Assembly: GCA_051362555.1 (NCBI GenBank) | Contig: CM120640.1 | Coordinates: forward strand, 7,564,001 to 7,628,000 | Length of the DNA stretch: 64,000 nt | From: Lingula anatina | Lineage: Eukaryota; Animalia; Brachiopoda | Direction of reading: 5' to 3' | In this document: positions 23,401-36,358 of the stretch, piece after piece | Layout of the letters: each line of letters begins with the position of its first letter | Position numbering within the stretch: the first letter of the stretch is position 1 | The notes under the pieces: generated by a model | Told to the model about the DNA's origin: nothing | Seen by the model: only the letters and a program-made list of their open reading frames with translations | The model's database searches: none | Position numbers and translations under genes: made by a program

Positions 23401-25505
23401 ATATTCATAAAACGCAGGTCAAGTTCGAAAATCAGCATGATCGGGCCATTTTAAGGGAAGTTATGCTGTTTTTTAACTTTTCAGCATATATGCAACCTTG
23501 TAAACACATTTCAAGGAAAACTGATAGGCCTGTTGTCATGAAACTCACAGGAGTAATCGATCTTATTATAACGCAGGTCAGGTTCGAAAATCGGCATGAT
23601 CGGGCCACTGTTTTAGTAGTTATGCTTTTTTCTTCACTTTTCAGCATATATGCAACACAGTAAATACAATATAAGAAAAACAGATGGGCCAATTGTCATG
23701 AAACTCACAGGAGTGGTCATTCCTGCTAAAACGCAGGTTGAGTTCAAAAATCAGCTTAATCGGGCCATTATTTCAAAGAAATGCCATTTTTTCACATTTC
23801 CTCAGATTCATTTCTTAGGCATGTTAACAGTTTCATTATTTAATCAATAAGATACGTAAAAGTGTTTGTTTGGCATTTCCTGCATCTTTACAACATTATT
23901 AATTGATTATGTAAAAATGATGGTAAACTTGTTATCGTGTATTGTGTAATAAAGTTTCAAAAATGGAAATAAACTCATATCATTGCAGTTTGTCAGATTC
24001 AGTCATTAAAATTTTGCATCAGAATTGACAGTAGCCTATTTTGTGCATAGTTATTTCCTGTTTTTTGTCTGTACATTTGACAGCTTTGCTGCCTTGTTAA
24101 ATTTGCAACAGTTGCTTTCAGTGTCTATTTTGGTAACTCACCTCCGCTATGTATATTCTTTCAGACATGATTACGAGCTGCTGTTTGGTACCTCAGTACA
24201 AGTGTTGAGTAAAGAGGATAGGTTGATCTTTGGAGATTCCCTCATGACACATGCCATGGTTCTTACAGCAGTCACAATAGAGGTGAGTGAAATGTTTATT
24301 TACAGACATAGAGATAATTGATATGGTATTATATACGAGGAAGTTTAGAGTTGCCATGCATCCATGGCCAGGTATGATAGCGCTATTTTAACCATCAAGA
24401 TCTTGTTTTGTCTTCAGTCAGAGGGGTTTTGATAAGATTACTATGTTGAAGCCCTTGTAAATGCCTCCTAAGAATGCCACTTTTAAGGAGAGAATACATT
24501 AATTGCTGTAGTCATATTTATCTTCATATATTTTGTATCTCCCCCCCCCCCTCCCTCTTTTATAACCTGCAATTACTGACTGGATTTTATTGCCAAATTA
24601 GTTAATTAATTCATTTTTGTTGGAAGATCATAATTTGTTTCACATGGAAAATCAAATTACTTTTCAGAATGATAAGACCATTAAATGGAGAGTGGAGAAC
24701 TCTTGGGGAGAAGATGGCCAAGGAAAAGGTACTGGGAACAGCATTTGTAATATAGAATCATTTTACTACATTGCCATGTCTTTTGGCATCAAGTATTCAT
24801 GTTATAAATGTGAAACTTAAATCTTTTGGTTGCAATTAAGTGTTTTGAATTAGTATAAATAAAAAATAAGAAACAAAAGATGCTCAGGTTTCCAAGTATC
24901 ATGCTAAATAGGGGGAAAAAGCCCTATGTAGTATGGGAAACTAGTTTGTTAGGGTACTTGTTTGGCTTAATGAGGTTTAATGTTCATGTATTTAGCTCAT
25001 TATTTGGCCCGATATAATGTAGTGTGGAGTTGTAAACATTTGTTTTGCTTTATGAAGCTTTGTCTTTTCAGCTTATCAGTTGGGACTTTTTTCTTTAATG
25101 TGACTGTATTTGATAGTTAATGCCTTGGATCAAATTTGAGTTTTATCTGTTTAGATGAAATTTGAGTTTTATCTGTAAATTGTTAAACTGTTGACTTCTT
25201 TGTTTATTCAGTACTATGCTGTAAGTATATCTGCAAGCATTGCTTTCTTATTTACTGATTTGTGTGATTTGTGCAGCTATCCCCAATGGAAATGGTACAT
25301 TTTGTTATGATTCACAATTTTAAGTGTAGTTTTCTTTTCAGGTTACTTGGTCATGACAGATGACTGGTTTTCTGAATATGTGTACGAAGTTGTAATTGAC
25401 AGAAAACACATACAGCAAGATATTTTGGATGTGCTACAACAGGAGCCTATAGTACTACCTGCTTGGGATCCCATGGGAGCATTGGCTTATAAGGCCAAGT
25501 TGTAA
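16906..25505 (+). CDS. BLMH: Bleomycin hydrolase (C1B cysteine aminopeptidase), 11 exons, 458 aa
   Basis: Exons 16906-16927, 18061-18215, 18664-18816, 19113-19343, 19753-19845, 20168-20323, 20560-20715, 21170-21237, 24165-24282, 24668-24728 and 25342-25505 total 1377 nt in one frame. Catalytic motifs TNQKASGRCW, SLMTHAM and WRVENSWG, plus DGGQW, PVWFGCDV and LPAWDPMGALA. Exon 1 assignment (MDTSTEEG) is less certain than the rest. Confidence 0.96.
21626..24098 (+). mobile_element. HINE/Helentron-associated element, family B, as a head-to-tail dimer in BLMH intron 8
   Basis: T-run, then 5' inverted repeat ATGTACAGACAC..GTGTCTGTACAT, a (GCCGAT/GCCGTC)n microsatellite and 159-bp tandem units (AAACGCAGGT at 21811, 21970, 22129). 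A second head starts at ~23251. The 3' end has subTIR TGTCTGTACAT (24066), hairpin CAGCTTTGCTG and CTTGTT. Confidence 0.75.
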
Positions 25506-28007
25506 CACAGGCAGGGTCTGGCACCAAATTAACTTATCAAAATTTAAGTCAGTATGGATTAATGGGTTAATGATATTTCTCATACGCGAAGAGGCATTGT
25601 AAGCATTTTTTAAAGTTGCAGTTATTTTACTGAGGACCAACAGTTTTGATATTATTTGTAATATAATTCCATTTAATTTTAGTGGTGATAGTTAAATTTT
25701 GTATTATAATCTGTATTTCCATTTCATTTTAGTGGTGATAGATTGGTTTCTTATATAGAGCAACTTTTAGACATTTCCAACAATATAATTTACATAATAG
25801 ACTTTCCTCATTCCATATATAGTAGTGATAGGGTATGATTTAAAACAGTTAGACATTTCTGTGCTTCACAGTGAATCACTTTTAGAAATTTTATCATTAT
25901 ATACTCAGGACAATGGAGATCAGCAGTTTTTGGCAAAATTGTAAACCGGAATCGCTTTATGGATGTTAAACAATAGAATTTTGCACACAGTTTTAGGATT
26001 TGACAGTAAATAAGTTCAACATCTTACACAGAGAAGGGTAATTACTGATCATGAAACGTGTGGATTGAACACAGTATGAACATATAAAAGTGTGCATGTA
26101 GGTGAGTAAACAGATTACAAGATCGGCAGAACAATCATATGACCAAGCCACTGTTGCTATGTTTTTTCATAAGATTTTCATATTATAGTGACTCTCTTAT
26201 TTTCACCAAAATGAATAGATTTGTAAAATGGTAATCTAATCAGCATTTTTAAAGTTCATTTATTCAGGTATAAAGCATTCCATATATATATATACATGTT
26301 TTTCCTTAGTCGGCGTGTTGTTTTGCATATAAATGAGAAGTTTAGTTTGGGAATTCTTGAAGAAAGTATACATAGCTCTTCACAACCATTCGATCTACAA
26401 TCTGTTGTCTGATTCTCCTTTTTAAAAAAAATATTTCAAGATTAATAGAAGGGTCACATAATTCCTGTCCCAATTTTACAGATCACAATATTTATGTAGC
26501 TTTTTTATGAATATAATGAACTGAATAAATTGTAAAAAGTAAACAGAGTTTGTTTTCTAAATTAAACCAGGTGTTACAACTTACAGCTCAATTGAATAAG
26601 TTTTTGTAACCCATGTCTGTATATAAAAAATAAAAAACAAGTTCCCTAGCTGTCTTCAGTTAGTCTTCAAACATCTCATTGATCACAATCTAAACTATAT
26701 ATAAGCAGTGGAATGATTAATAAGCCAGATTTTTAAACTCAATGTACTGAAATAAACCAGTGAGTGTTGGTGTCATAAATTACAGTTGAGCAATTGATGG
26801 TTTCTATTTCATTTATATATGGACTTTGTCTAATGTTGGCAAACAGTACTGAAGCACAGGTGCATATTTACAAAAAGCACCTATTGTATGATAGGCCCTG
26901 AAATTGCACCCTTGTCTTTAAAACATGGCACCCGTCTTTCTAGATAACGTTACCGTATAGTGGCGCAGTGACTCCAGTGCTTCATTTATTTACCGTGCTC
27001 CACCATAACTAATAGAAAATGGGTTGTGAAAATCCTGAGTGTCTAATTATAATCTACATTATGATTTAATTCTTTGCTTTTAAGTTGCTTGGATAACTCT
27101 AGGCAACTGAGATATTTTTAAACGTCAAGGCAAACTATTGGTATGTACAGCTATTTACAAAATATGTAGATTTAAAAAAAATCTTTTAGTATAATCTGTC
27201 AACTAGTCACACATTCTTCACAGCACACAAATATTTAAAGTAATGTTATTTACATTTGGCGAATCTAAAATAACAACTAAAACTGTATAAAATGCATTTA
27301 ATAAAAAGAAGAGTTTGTAGTCGAGAGCTATCACTAGGTTGTTGAGAACTTTAAGTCACATAGTATGTGAGACCTTTGCATAGAAAAGTTGAAATTTCCT
27401 GCAAATTTCAACACTTTTCCCTCGAACAAGGTACGCCACGTCTTAAACTGTCGACAAAATTACGATCTATAAACTGGTGCTTGAATTTTGAGCCACTCTA
27501 GCAATGGAGATGAAAATTTTACTCGTGTTAGAATAAAAAAGGAATCAAGAACTCGAAAACGGTTTATAAATCGTAATTTTACCCTTATCTATATACCTGC
27601 TAGAGAGAAAATTGCTGAAAAGAAAAAGACAGTCGCTGAGCTTTGGTGTTTGGTAATATTCCTGCCTGAGAGATTCACGTTTAATAGTCACTTTAAACTG
27701 CAGTTAGTGCAACGCTATGTTGCAAGGCCCCAGTGCTGCATAGGACAAGCCAACACCGCACACGTACATTTTCAGTAACAAATCCACTGCAGAGTGCAAA
27801 CTGAGAAACCATTGATCCATGCTTGAGTGATCCATTCAGCCCTTGACTGATAATTACAGAAGACTCGCAGGGCGGTTTCCTTGATTTCCATATTCGAAAA
27901 AAAATCACAAAATTTTTTTATTTCTTCCTGAAAATCATATCTGGTGTATAAATGCCACAAGGCACATAGGCTCTTTACTTAAATAAAAAGACAGGCTATC
28001 CTCTTCA

Positions 28008-29014
28008 TCACCAGTGTTCTGTCTTGAGTCTCCTATAGCGGGAAATGGAAACAGCAAGTAACACTATGCTCAGTATAATCCCTAGTACCGGCCAAAGTAC
28101 GGAGTGGAAGGTCGGCCACCAGTCCCGCTCTGGGTAAACGATAGGACCGAAATTGGGATCATTTTGGTCATAATAACAGTCAAAAGTTCTCCCGCTAACG
28201 CCGTATGTTAGTCTGAACTCGTCAACAACTTTTTCGTTTTTGGACGGGAATTTTGTGCAGCTTGATATGGAGCACTGAAAGAGAAAAAATTGCAAAGAAT
28301 TATCATAACATTGTTAAATCCTTCACATAACGGTCATAGTTAACTTTTGCCACTGTAGTAAAAGCTATGTTAATTTTATATATATTAAAAACGGGTTTGA
28401 TAATCTCAAGGTTTTAGGCAGATCGACTTTCTGATTAATTACGGTCATTTGTAGTTTTGGAAAGACGTGAAAAGTGTTTTGAAAAGTACAGTATCTCTGT
28501 AGAAGTCATAGGATAATATTACAAACGTCGACATTATGTTTTCACACATAATATCCTGTTCGATTAACATCGTAAAACGTTTAAAAACGCATTAATTAAT
28601 ATATATATACTGCATACATGTACTTACCCATGCTCTGGTGTTCACAAACAGCCGGTCACTTTTTCCTTTCGCTTTCCTGTCTTGTTCTACGGTATCAAAG
28701 AGCGTAGATTTAAATACCTCATTAGTGCCTCTTTGATAGGATACGATGATGTCGAAACACGGGTAGATACAACTGGGACTCGAATACTCGTCCGGTGCGT
28801 TTTCGTAATAGTCACACATGTCGCATACTCTGTAGTCAGCCCCGCTCACCTCAGTGCCAATATAAGAACAGGTGGATTTGCTCAACGATTGGGAATAAAC
28901 GTATGGCTTTACAAAGAATATGGCTAGGACTACACCAACTGCAAAACAAGATAACATAAACAGCACCAGCAGAACCATAAACACTATGCAGCAGACCTGT
29001 CCAGCTTTCGCCAT
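28008..29014 (-). CDS. Two-TM ion-channel auxiliary subunit, KCNMB (BK beta)/TipE-like, 217 aa
   Basis: Exons 29014-28628 (GTAAGT donor) and 28274-28008 (CAG acceptor), phase 0. N-terminal TM, Cys-rich loop (STCSY..CDMC..CIYPCFDIIVSY..WCSISSC..TFDCYYDQNDP), then HSVLWP and a second TM, the typical KCNMB layout. Confidence 0.8.
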
Positions 29015-30446
29015 CTTGACTTATTTTCCTGTCCTTACTTTGTTATCCTTTGAGTTTTATAACTGCTGCATTGCACACCCTTCTTTTTTGTAATATGCGG
29101 TTTTAATACCAGATACGTGAAACAGAATATCTTGAAATTTAATCAGCGATCACGATTTACCGGTGCCGCATAGTGCAATGTCCCAAACTTTCTTACGCGA
29201 CACTTAATGTCACTTCCCTTTAAAGATGGCGTCTGACCTGGTTTGTATTCAACGGTTAAGCACCTGTGTATTGTACTCACCTGAGTCATGTGACACGCTT
29301 GTGATAACAACAGCGACCTCTGACGCCGATTAATATTGCTGTTGTGTAAGGCGTAAGCTGTTGCCAAGTACGGTTTTTGAAGGGATTGGAAATCAGCAGC
29401 TACTTTTTTCTTTCCTTTTTTCAGTATATTTTACCTTTGATTAAAAACAATTCCTGCTCATATAAGTGAAAAGATTTGTCTGGCGTAGATGTTAAGTCCC
29501 ATTGGTGTCACTTAAAGGGAGACATGAATTTTTGTTTTGTTTTGTTTGTTTATTGTTAACAAATGACCTGAGTTTGCTGGATTTAGCGGACGTCCCACCT
29601 TATAGGACTTGTCTGGTGTTTATACATGTAAAGTAAAAATAAAGAAGTAAATGCTCATATCGTCTTGAATAGAGTTGTTTCTCCTAGTGTTTTCCGAACT
29701 GTTCAAAGATCGTCCAAAAACAAAAAAGTTAAAGTAACAGTAAGAGATTTCCGTTTTGGACAGGCTTCTTTTTGTCTTTTAACATACCTTGTAAAATGTC
29801 CAAAGGCTAAGTACAACCGTTATAAGTAATTTAATCACGATATGTAATTCCTGCTCAAAATTAGAGTATTAAAAGAAAAGCAAAAATGCATGAATTACGA
29901 ATATTAAAAGCAAAGTTTAAACGCATGAAACGGTTAAAACCAAGCGAAGAAAACAATTGTACATGTAAGAAAACCGAAAAGTCATTTTTATAAACCTGGA
30001 TCTCGAAAGAGAGTTTCTTAATTTATTTTTCGTTAATTGTATTGGTTATTTTATTTATTTATTCATTAACTTTGTATAAAAGTTAGTACAAAATACTATT
30101 AGTCAGAATACAAATATGATCCTGAAAATGCTTGTGTTTTCGTCTTGTTTCGTTTTCGCTAATAATTACCTTGAAAATGTGGCTTTTTATCATTTTTTCT
30201 TTATATCCAAAGATATTGTAAGCCAGAAAGTCTGATGAATCGCCGAGCAATAGGCTGAGATACCTGCCGGCCTTATGCATTTGTCTTCTCTGGCACAATC
30301 ATGAAAAATTATGTCCTTCACATAAAACACTGTCCATTTAAATTAATGTCAGTAAATTGCAACTGCTATAGTGAGACAACACATGAATATTTCATAGAAA
30401 AAAATATAATTGTTAAGCAAAAAGAATGTTGGTACATGCTTCGATA

Positions 30447-30830
30447 TTTCTTAATTTGCGTACATAATAGCGATTACTTTGTGTAGGCCTTAACAGTTGC
30501 GTCATCAAAGATTCATGTGAAAAAAACTAGAAGAAAATATATTTAGTCATGAGGACGGTTGGGGAGACTTGCTCAAAACCGTCCTCATGACTAAATATAT
30601 TTTCATCTAGTTTTTTCATCTACGCAATAATATGTACATAATAGCGATTACTTTGTGTAGGCTTAAACAGTTGCGTCATCAAAGATTCATGTGATATTTC
30701 TTTATTTGCGTACATAATAGCGATTACTTTGTGTAGGCCTAAACAGTTGCGTCATCAAAGATTCATGTGAAAAAAAACTAGATGATAATATATTTAGTCA
30801 TGAGGACGGTTTTGGGCAAGTCTCCCCAAA
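30447..30830. repeat. Local duplication/inversion structure with a ~100-bp palindrome
   Basis: GTACATAATAGCGATTACTTTGTGTAGGC..CATCAAAGATTCATGTGA occurs three times. AAAACTAG..TTTAGTCATGAGGACGGTT is followed at once by its inverted copy (~30520-30617). Confidence 0.85.
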
Positions 30831-31398
30831 TCAACTCTTTTTGGTAAATAGCCCTCAAATAAAAAAAACAGTTTTAATTTTGGCAATGACGAAAACTTAC
30901 AATTTCAAAGTTTAGTATAGTACATAGTCTACAATTACATACAATATTATCATAAACAATAGACTCAATGCCAGCATGTACAGGCGATAACCATTTTGTG
31001 ATGTGACATGCTGTTAATACATGTTAATTTTTCTTCGTACAGTAGTTGAAATCCTTGTCACTCTTCGGTAGGCAAGAACAGGTCGCTATTCATTAAATTT
31101 TATTTAGTTTATTTCTCTAGTACTGTACGGTCTAATTCATCTACAGAAACACTTTATGTTTATGAGTTTCAATCTCGGTTTAAAGATGACTTTTCCGTGT
31201 CCAACACGTTTCGATGGGAGAAATCAGTACCTAAGTAGTCTTTAGCTGGTAATGCATTGAAATTTTATGGTGGAAAATAAATCCTGGAAGATCCACCGTT
31301 TTGTGGCTGCTGCGGCCACCGCCGTTTGTTAGCGCAGTAATCATATGACAGCCTTTCATCTTTTGTTCTGTAGCGATTTTCAAGCAATTTACTACTAA

Positions 31399-31623
31399 GG
31401 GTGCATTTCCAGAGATTTAGATCGATCCAGAGATTTAGATTTAGATCGACATAACTCCCTGGGGGTTCACGCTAAATTGCAGTCAGCCGAGCGCGCACCA
31501 TAGTTAATTACCCCCTTACAGCTTTTAGTAGGCGGGACAGACGCTTCAGCCGGCTAAGCTGACATTAATCTAGTGAGACTCCCCACTGGGATAGATCGAT
31601 CTAAAATCTATGGGAATGGGGTC
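31399..31623 (+). mobile_element. PIF/Harbinger (Tourist-like) MITE
   Basis: TAA on both sides (31396-31398, 31624-31626). Imperfect TIRs GGGTGCATTTCCAGAGATTTAGATCGATC / GATCGATCTAAAATCTATGGGAATGGGGTC. Further copies at 61721-62030 and 63289-63622. Confidence 0.8.
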
Positions 31624-34600
31624 TAAAAGTTTACCGGGAAATTCGAAATTAACAGCAACTACTGGACTTTGTTCAATAAATCGAAAAATCTCTGAAAACT
31701 CTTTGAAAAACAGTGATAATAACCTCTAATGCTTTCCACTAAAAGATGGCAACACTGGTCCGCCTCTGTCCCGAGCAGCGAAATCACCAAATGCCGGAGC
31801 TCCTAAAGGACACTTAATGAACGGCAACTCCGATGAGGCTCCGTCCCTCAGGTACAATCGATGGTAGAGAGAGACGGCTGCGTGAGCTGCAGAACAAAAA
31901 TCATTTTTGAATAAGTATTTACGTTGCTAAAATACGAATTATTTTGCTAGATTCATGTTCCACTATAAAATCTTGTGTAAAAGTGCCATTTCTGAAAAAC
32001 AGTACGAGATCGACCTGAACAGCGACAGATTGCGCTGGATACGGGCTATGATAATACACCTGAAAAACATTCTCCATTCCCTCAGCTTAATCTCTATTAT
32101 CAGAAAGAATAGAGGAGGACGTGAAATCGGCCAACACTCCCTTATAGTTATGATTGATAGGTAAATAAACTATCGTTCCCATTGTCATTTGAATATGAGG
32201 GTATTCATTCAAGTGAGAGATGAATTACATCCCAACTATGGGATATTACTAACATTAAAAACCTGCGCAGTTTCGGGACATTGTACAGTAGGATAACGTT
32301 GCCGTATAGATTTTATTGACTACGATAATCAGTGCACGGTCAGCTAATTATTTGTGTACAGTTTACTGATATGATACAATGGAATTGAATGGAACAGAAT
32401 GGAATTGTGAAGTAAGTTCAGCTCAGCGCACCATTTAAAGACTTGTCAGACAATGAACGCTTGGATGTTCTAGTGATAACGCAGGTAACACATGTATCCC
32501 AAAAATATTTTATTTATTCACTCGGGATCAATTAGTTTAATTTAGGAACAGATTAGAATGCGGGAGAACTGCAATTAACACGTGTTAAAACTCTGAGTAG
32601 AAACTTGGCAATAATTGCATTTTGCATGAATATACTAGTTGATTAATTGCGTGGAAGCTGAAGGTTTATATTGTATCAATGATTCACACGTGTACATACA
32701 GGTATTGCAGCATAATAGGTGACACCGTAGATGATTGCATATCAAACCACAATGCTTTATTAAATAATCACCTAGACAATGCACTCTTTAAACTGTACAA
32801 AGTGTGCAGCTGTGGATGACATGTGCGTTTAGGTTTACTATATCTCTTCATTTTGGAGTTAGTGTTGTGTAAAAATCGGGCATGTTTGACCTTCATGGAA
32901 ATACTGATACTTCGGACGTAAACAGATGAACGCTGGCTCTTAACCAGTAGTTACCAGTCAAATGGCACGCATCAATTTTCATATCTGTCTGATTTTCTTA
33001 TTTAATCAACTCCAGACTTACAGCGAGGAAAGTCCAGACAGTACTGTATCTGAAGCAACCATATTACACAGGTAGCCATAATTTTCTGGCCGACCTGAGT
33101 AAATCAAGCTCCTGTCATTTTTGGTTCCATCTTTCCTGTCCTATCGACACGGAGGAATTGTTGGAAAATGGAGTAAAGCGGAGCGGAGAATCTCTGTTGG
33201 ATAGACAAGTATGTTCTATATTGATATAGATATAGATATAAATTTTCGTTTTCAGAAATTAAACTGACACTAAGTGCTGTTGCGTTATTGCTTGACTGTC
33301 AAGGCGTATCAGGATTACACATAATTGTATTTGTGTTGATATGCATGCGCAGTGGAACGAAAAGGCCAGACTAGCTTAGAATAACCATAAAATATTTTGA
33401 TATTGTTGACTTGGGTAGCTAGCGTATGAATTCGATACTTTTTCATTGACTTATCTATTATCAATATTGTTATTGCGTCAACACATTTATGAACTCAATT
33501 ACCTCATAGGGACCATGAAATAACTTGATGCCTTATATCTGAAAATTAAATATACCTAATATCTGAATACTAAATATTACCCAACTCCACCCACGAACTT
33601 TTTGTTAGGGACAAAACTCATCACTTCAAACCTCAAAGGGAATCCTTAATAAATAAAATGAATCGCCGTTGGAAATCTTACTTTGTCTGGTATGGGCTTT
33701 AAATTCCGAACCATTGATCGATTAAGCGAAAAGGAAATGAGCCGACAGATCAACTTTAAAGACCAATGGCGAATAGATCAAACGTTTGTATAAGGCTACT
33801 TGAGATGAATCAATTAATAGAAAGTGCAAAATATGCGGAAAATGAGAAGTTTTAGACTTTAATCAGCTATTTTCTATTCTTCTACATCAAGGCCTGTCTT
33901 GAATGCTGATCGTTTGTTTTCGAAACATATATTGGCTTTAAGCTGAAAGGGTATCGTTTTTAGTTATGGTGATTAATTATGCATGTATATGCAGTGTGAC
34001 AGCGACACATCTAGGACAATGGAAAATGACAGTTTCAGACAGTAGTATTGATTAATTAATTACACTAATCAGCCAGTGAAACCCATACTCATGCTGGTAT
34101 TGTCAGATACGGTCTGGGAATTTTAGTGATATGCCAACGTATTAGATAATTGTGGAGGGTTGATACGTGTAGTGAAAAAAGAAAAAAGAACAAATGAAAA
34201 ATGCATGCTGTATAGATACTTGCAATCTATCCAAAACTCCTTTAAAAGTTAAAAAAAATCTAATTTTTACCGCCACGATGGAAATTCCCCAATGTCGGAG
34301 TCCATCACAAAATTTCATGTGGATATCCTGATTTTGTAAAAGCTATGCACGTTTTATCTTGGTATTTAAGGGAAAAGAGTGGAAAATTAAAATTTTAGTA
34401 AAGTTGGATTTTTTATATATAAAAGTTTAATGTTAACTGTGTGCCATTTAATAGAGTCTTCATATGTGTGACTGTTTTACTTAGTTTGTTAGTGCTCGGA
34501 CCATTTTAGTGGTGCCGTATGTTTGAAATCTGCTGTTTCAGATAGATTTTTAGCATTTTTTTAAAGTTTTCTGCTACGTTTTCTGCATTCATTTCTAAAA

Positions 34601-36358
34601 GCAACGAAACGCGTTATGATCTGAGCTGGCAACAGCGAACAAAAATTGATCTAAAAACCCCATATGAGAGCGTGTCTGAACCAATTATGGTTGAGTTACG
34701 AGAACTGTAGACTAACAGGCTAAAGACCTTCAAATAGCACACAATAACAGCTCTGGTATATTTTTTCTTAAAAGCCACATGGGACAGCCTCACCATAAAT
34801 CATCTGTATGGATGCATATAATAAGCAAAACCCAAGAGTTACAGAGAAGAGGAGATAGGGGCATGACAGGTACCTCGTCTTGAAATATTTTATCCGTAGC
34901 CTTTATAATAATTCGTTGTTATACTCATTGTTATTTAACTGTTCTAATATGGTGATCGAGAGCATAAAGGGTTTCACTTTATACAATGTGTCCCTAAAAG
35001 CATACATGGCAGTTAAGACCCGACGCATGTTATCCGTTGAGGTAACCTGAAAAGAAAACTTTCTTCTTTCTGCAGTAACACAATTTTCGTGTATAGACTG
35101 TAAAAACGTAGGGATTTGGACATCCTTTTTCAAGCTCTGTGTCTTTCTTTATATTTTCTTCTTACCATTTCCGTTGATTGAACATTAGTATGATCAATGC
35201 GATTTGGCTTCTGCACGACTACAAGTCATCTCTTATGCATGAGTAGGCTATTCCATTCTTAAGGTCACGCTGGAATCTACATATCATGGCCATGTCAATA
35301 TTAGTTTTCTTGCTCTCAGCAAATTAGAATAGATGACACTAAAATGGTAATGATACCGCTCCAGGAGATGACTTGATATATCGAAATGTGATGGGGCTCG
35401 TTTGTTGTGATAAATGGCTTATCGACGTCAACAAATTACTAACTACAAGCATCTTGAGTTCTTAGTGCAACGTTTTTAAAAGTAAGTATGTTAATAAAAC
35501 TAGACAATGAAGCTCTTAATACTCGATGTTCAGCAAGTTGCGTTCACAAAATATTACGGTGGCTGTTGGGTTCACATGTAGTCAAGGAAGTAGATCTTAA
35601 ATTCTTTTAGTAAGGCCTAATTATATTTAAGCGAATACCTGGCCATGGATATCTTTTCTGAAATTGGCTTTCCGATTTAAACACAAAGTCGATGAATGGG
35701 GAATTCAGTGACTCAAAAATAAGAATATCTGTCAAAAGCAAGAGTTGTTCGGTTCGAATTCTTTTCTCCTAATTCCATTCCAAAACGTACTATTTCATAG
35801 GCTACCAATAAAACATCTTAAAAATATGATTTAAATCAGCAGTCAGCTTAGATGTCCCAGATTTATTTCTCCATAAAACGGAGTCCTTTAAGTTGATATA
35901 TGCCAACAACCGTACGCGTCATGGGTTAGATGAACTGGGCAATTCAAGAAAGATCCCGATCATATTCATCATCAATACCCACAACAAACCTTTGCCCTAC
36001 TAAACCAGATCAATTAGGGCTCCAGAGTTGCTCTTGTCCTGCGGGAGTCACGGGTTGTTGAATTTGCGGTCATTTCATACAAATATTTCCGTCGTTCTGA
36101 ACAAGTTGTTCAAGGTTTATTATATGATTCCAGCTGCTCTTTTGTAACTCCTAATGCAGAATTACGATCAACGTTGTGTGGATAACAGTGAATAAGGGAA
36201 CTGTCTTCTTCTATTAATTCTGTATTAGAAAGACATATATTTTAGAAAAATGGCAAAGTGATTGAATTATGATATTTCTTTGTTGAATAAGGCAAAGAAG
36301 TCTGCTGGGAACTTAGTTACATCGGGGCTTGATGAATCTTTCAATTATTCAAATACTA

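Noticed and set aside
21514-23850. ORFs of 176 and 148 aa with repeated KTQVKFENQHD
   Set aside because: They arise from the 159-bp (multiple of 3) tandem units of the intronic HINE and are not protein-coding.
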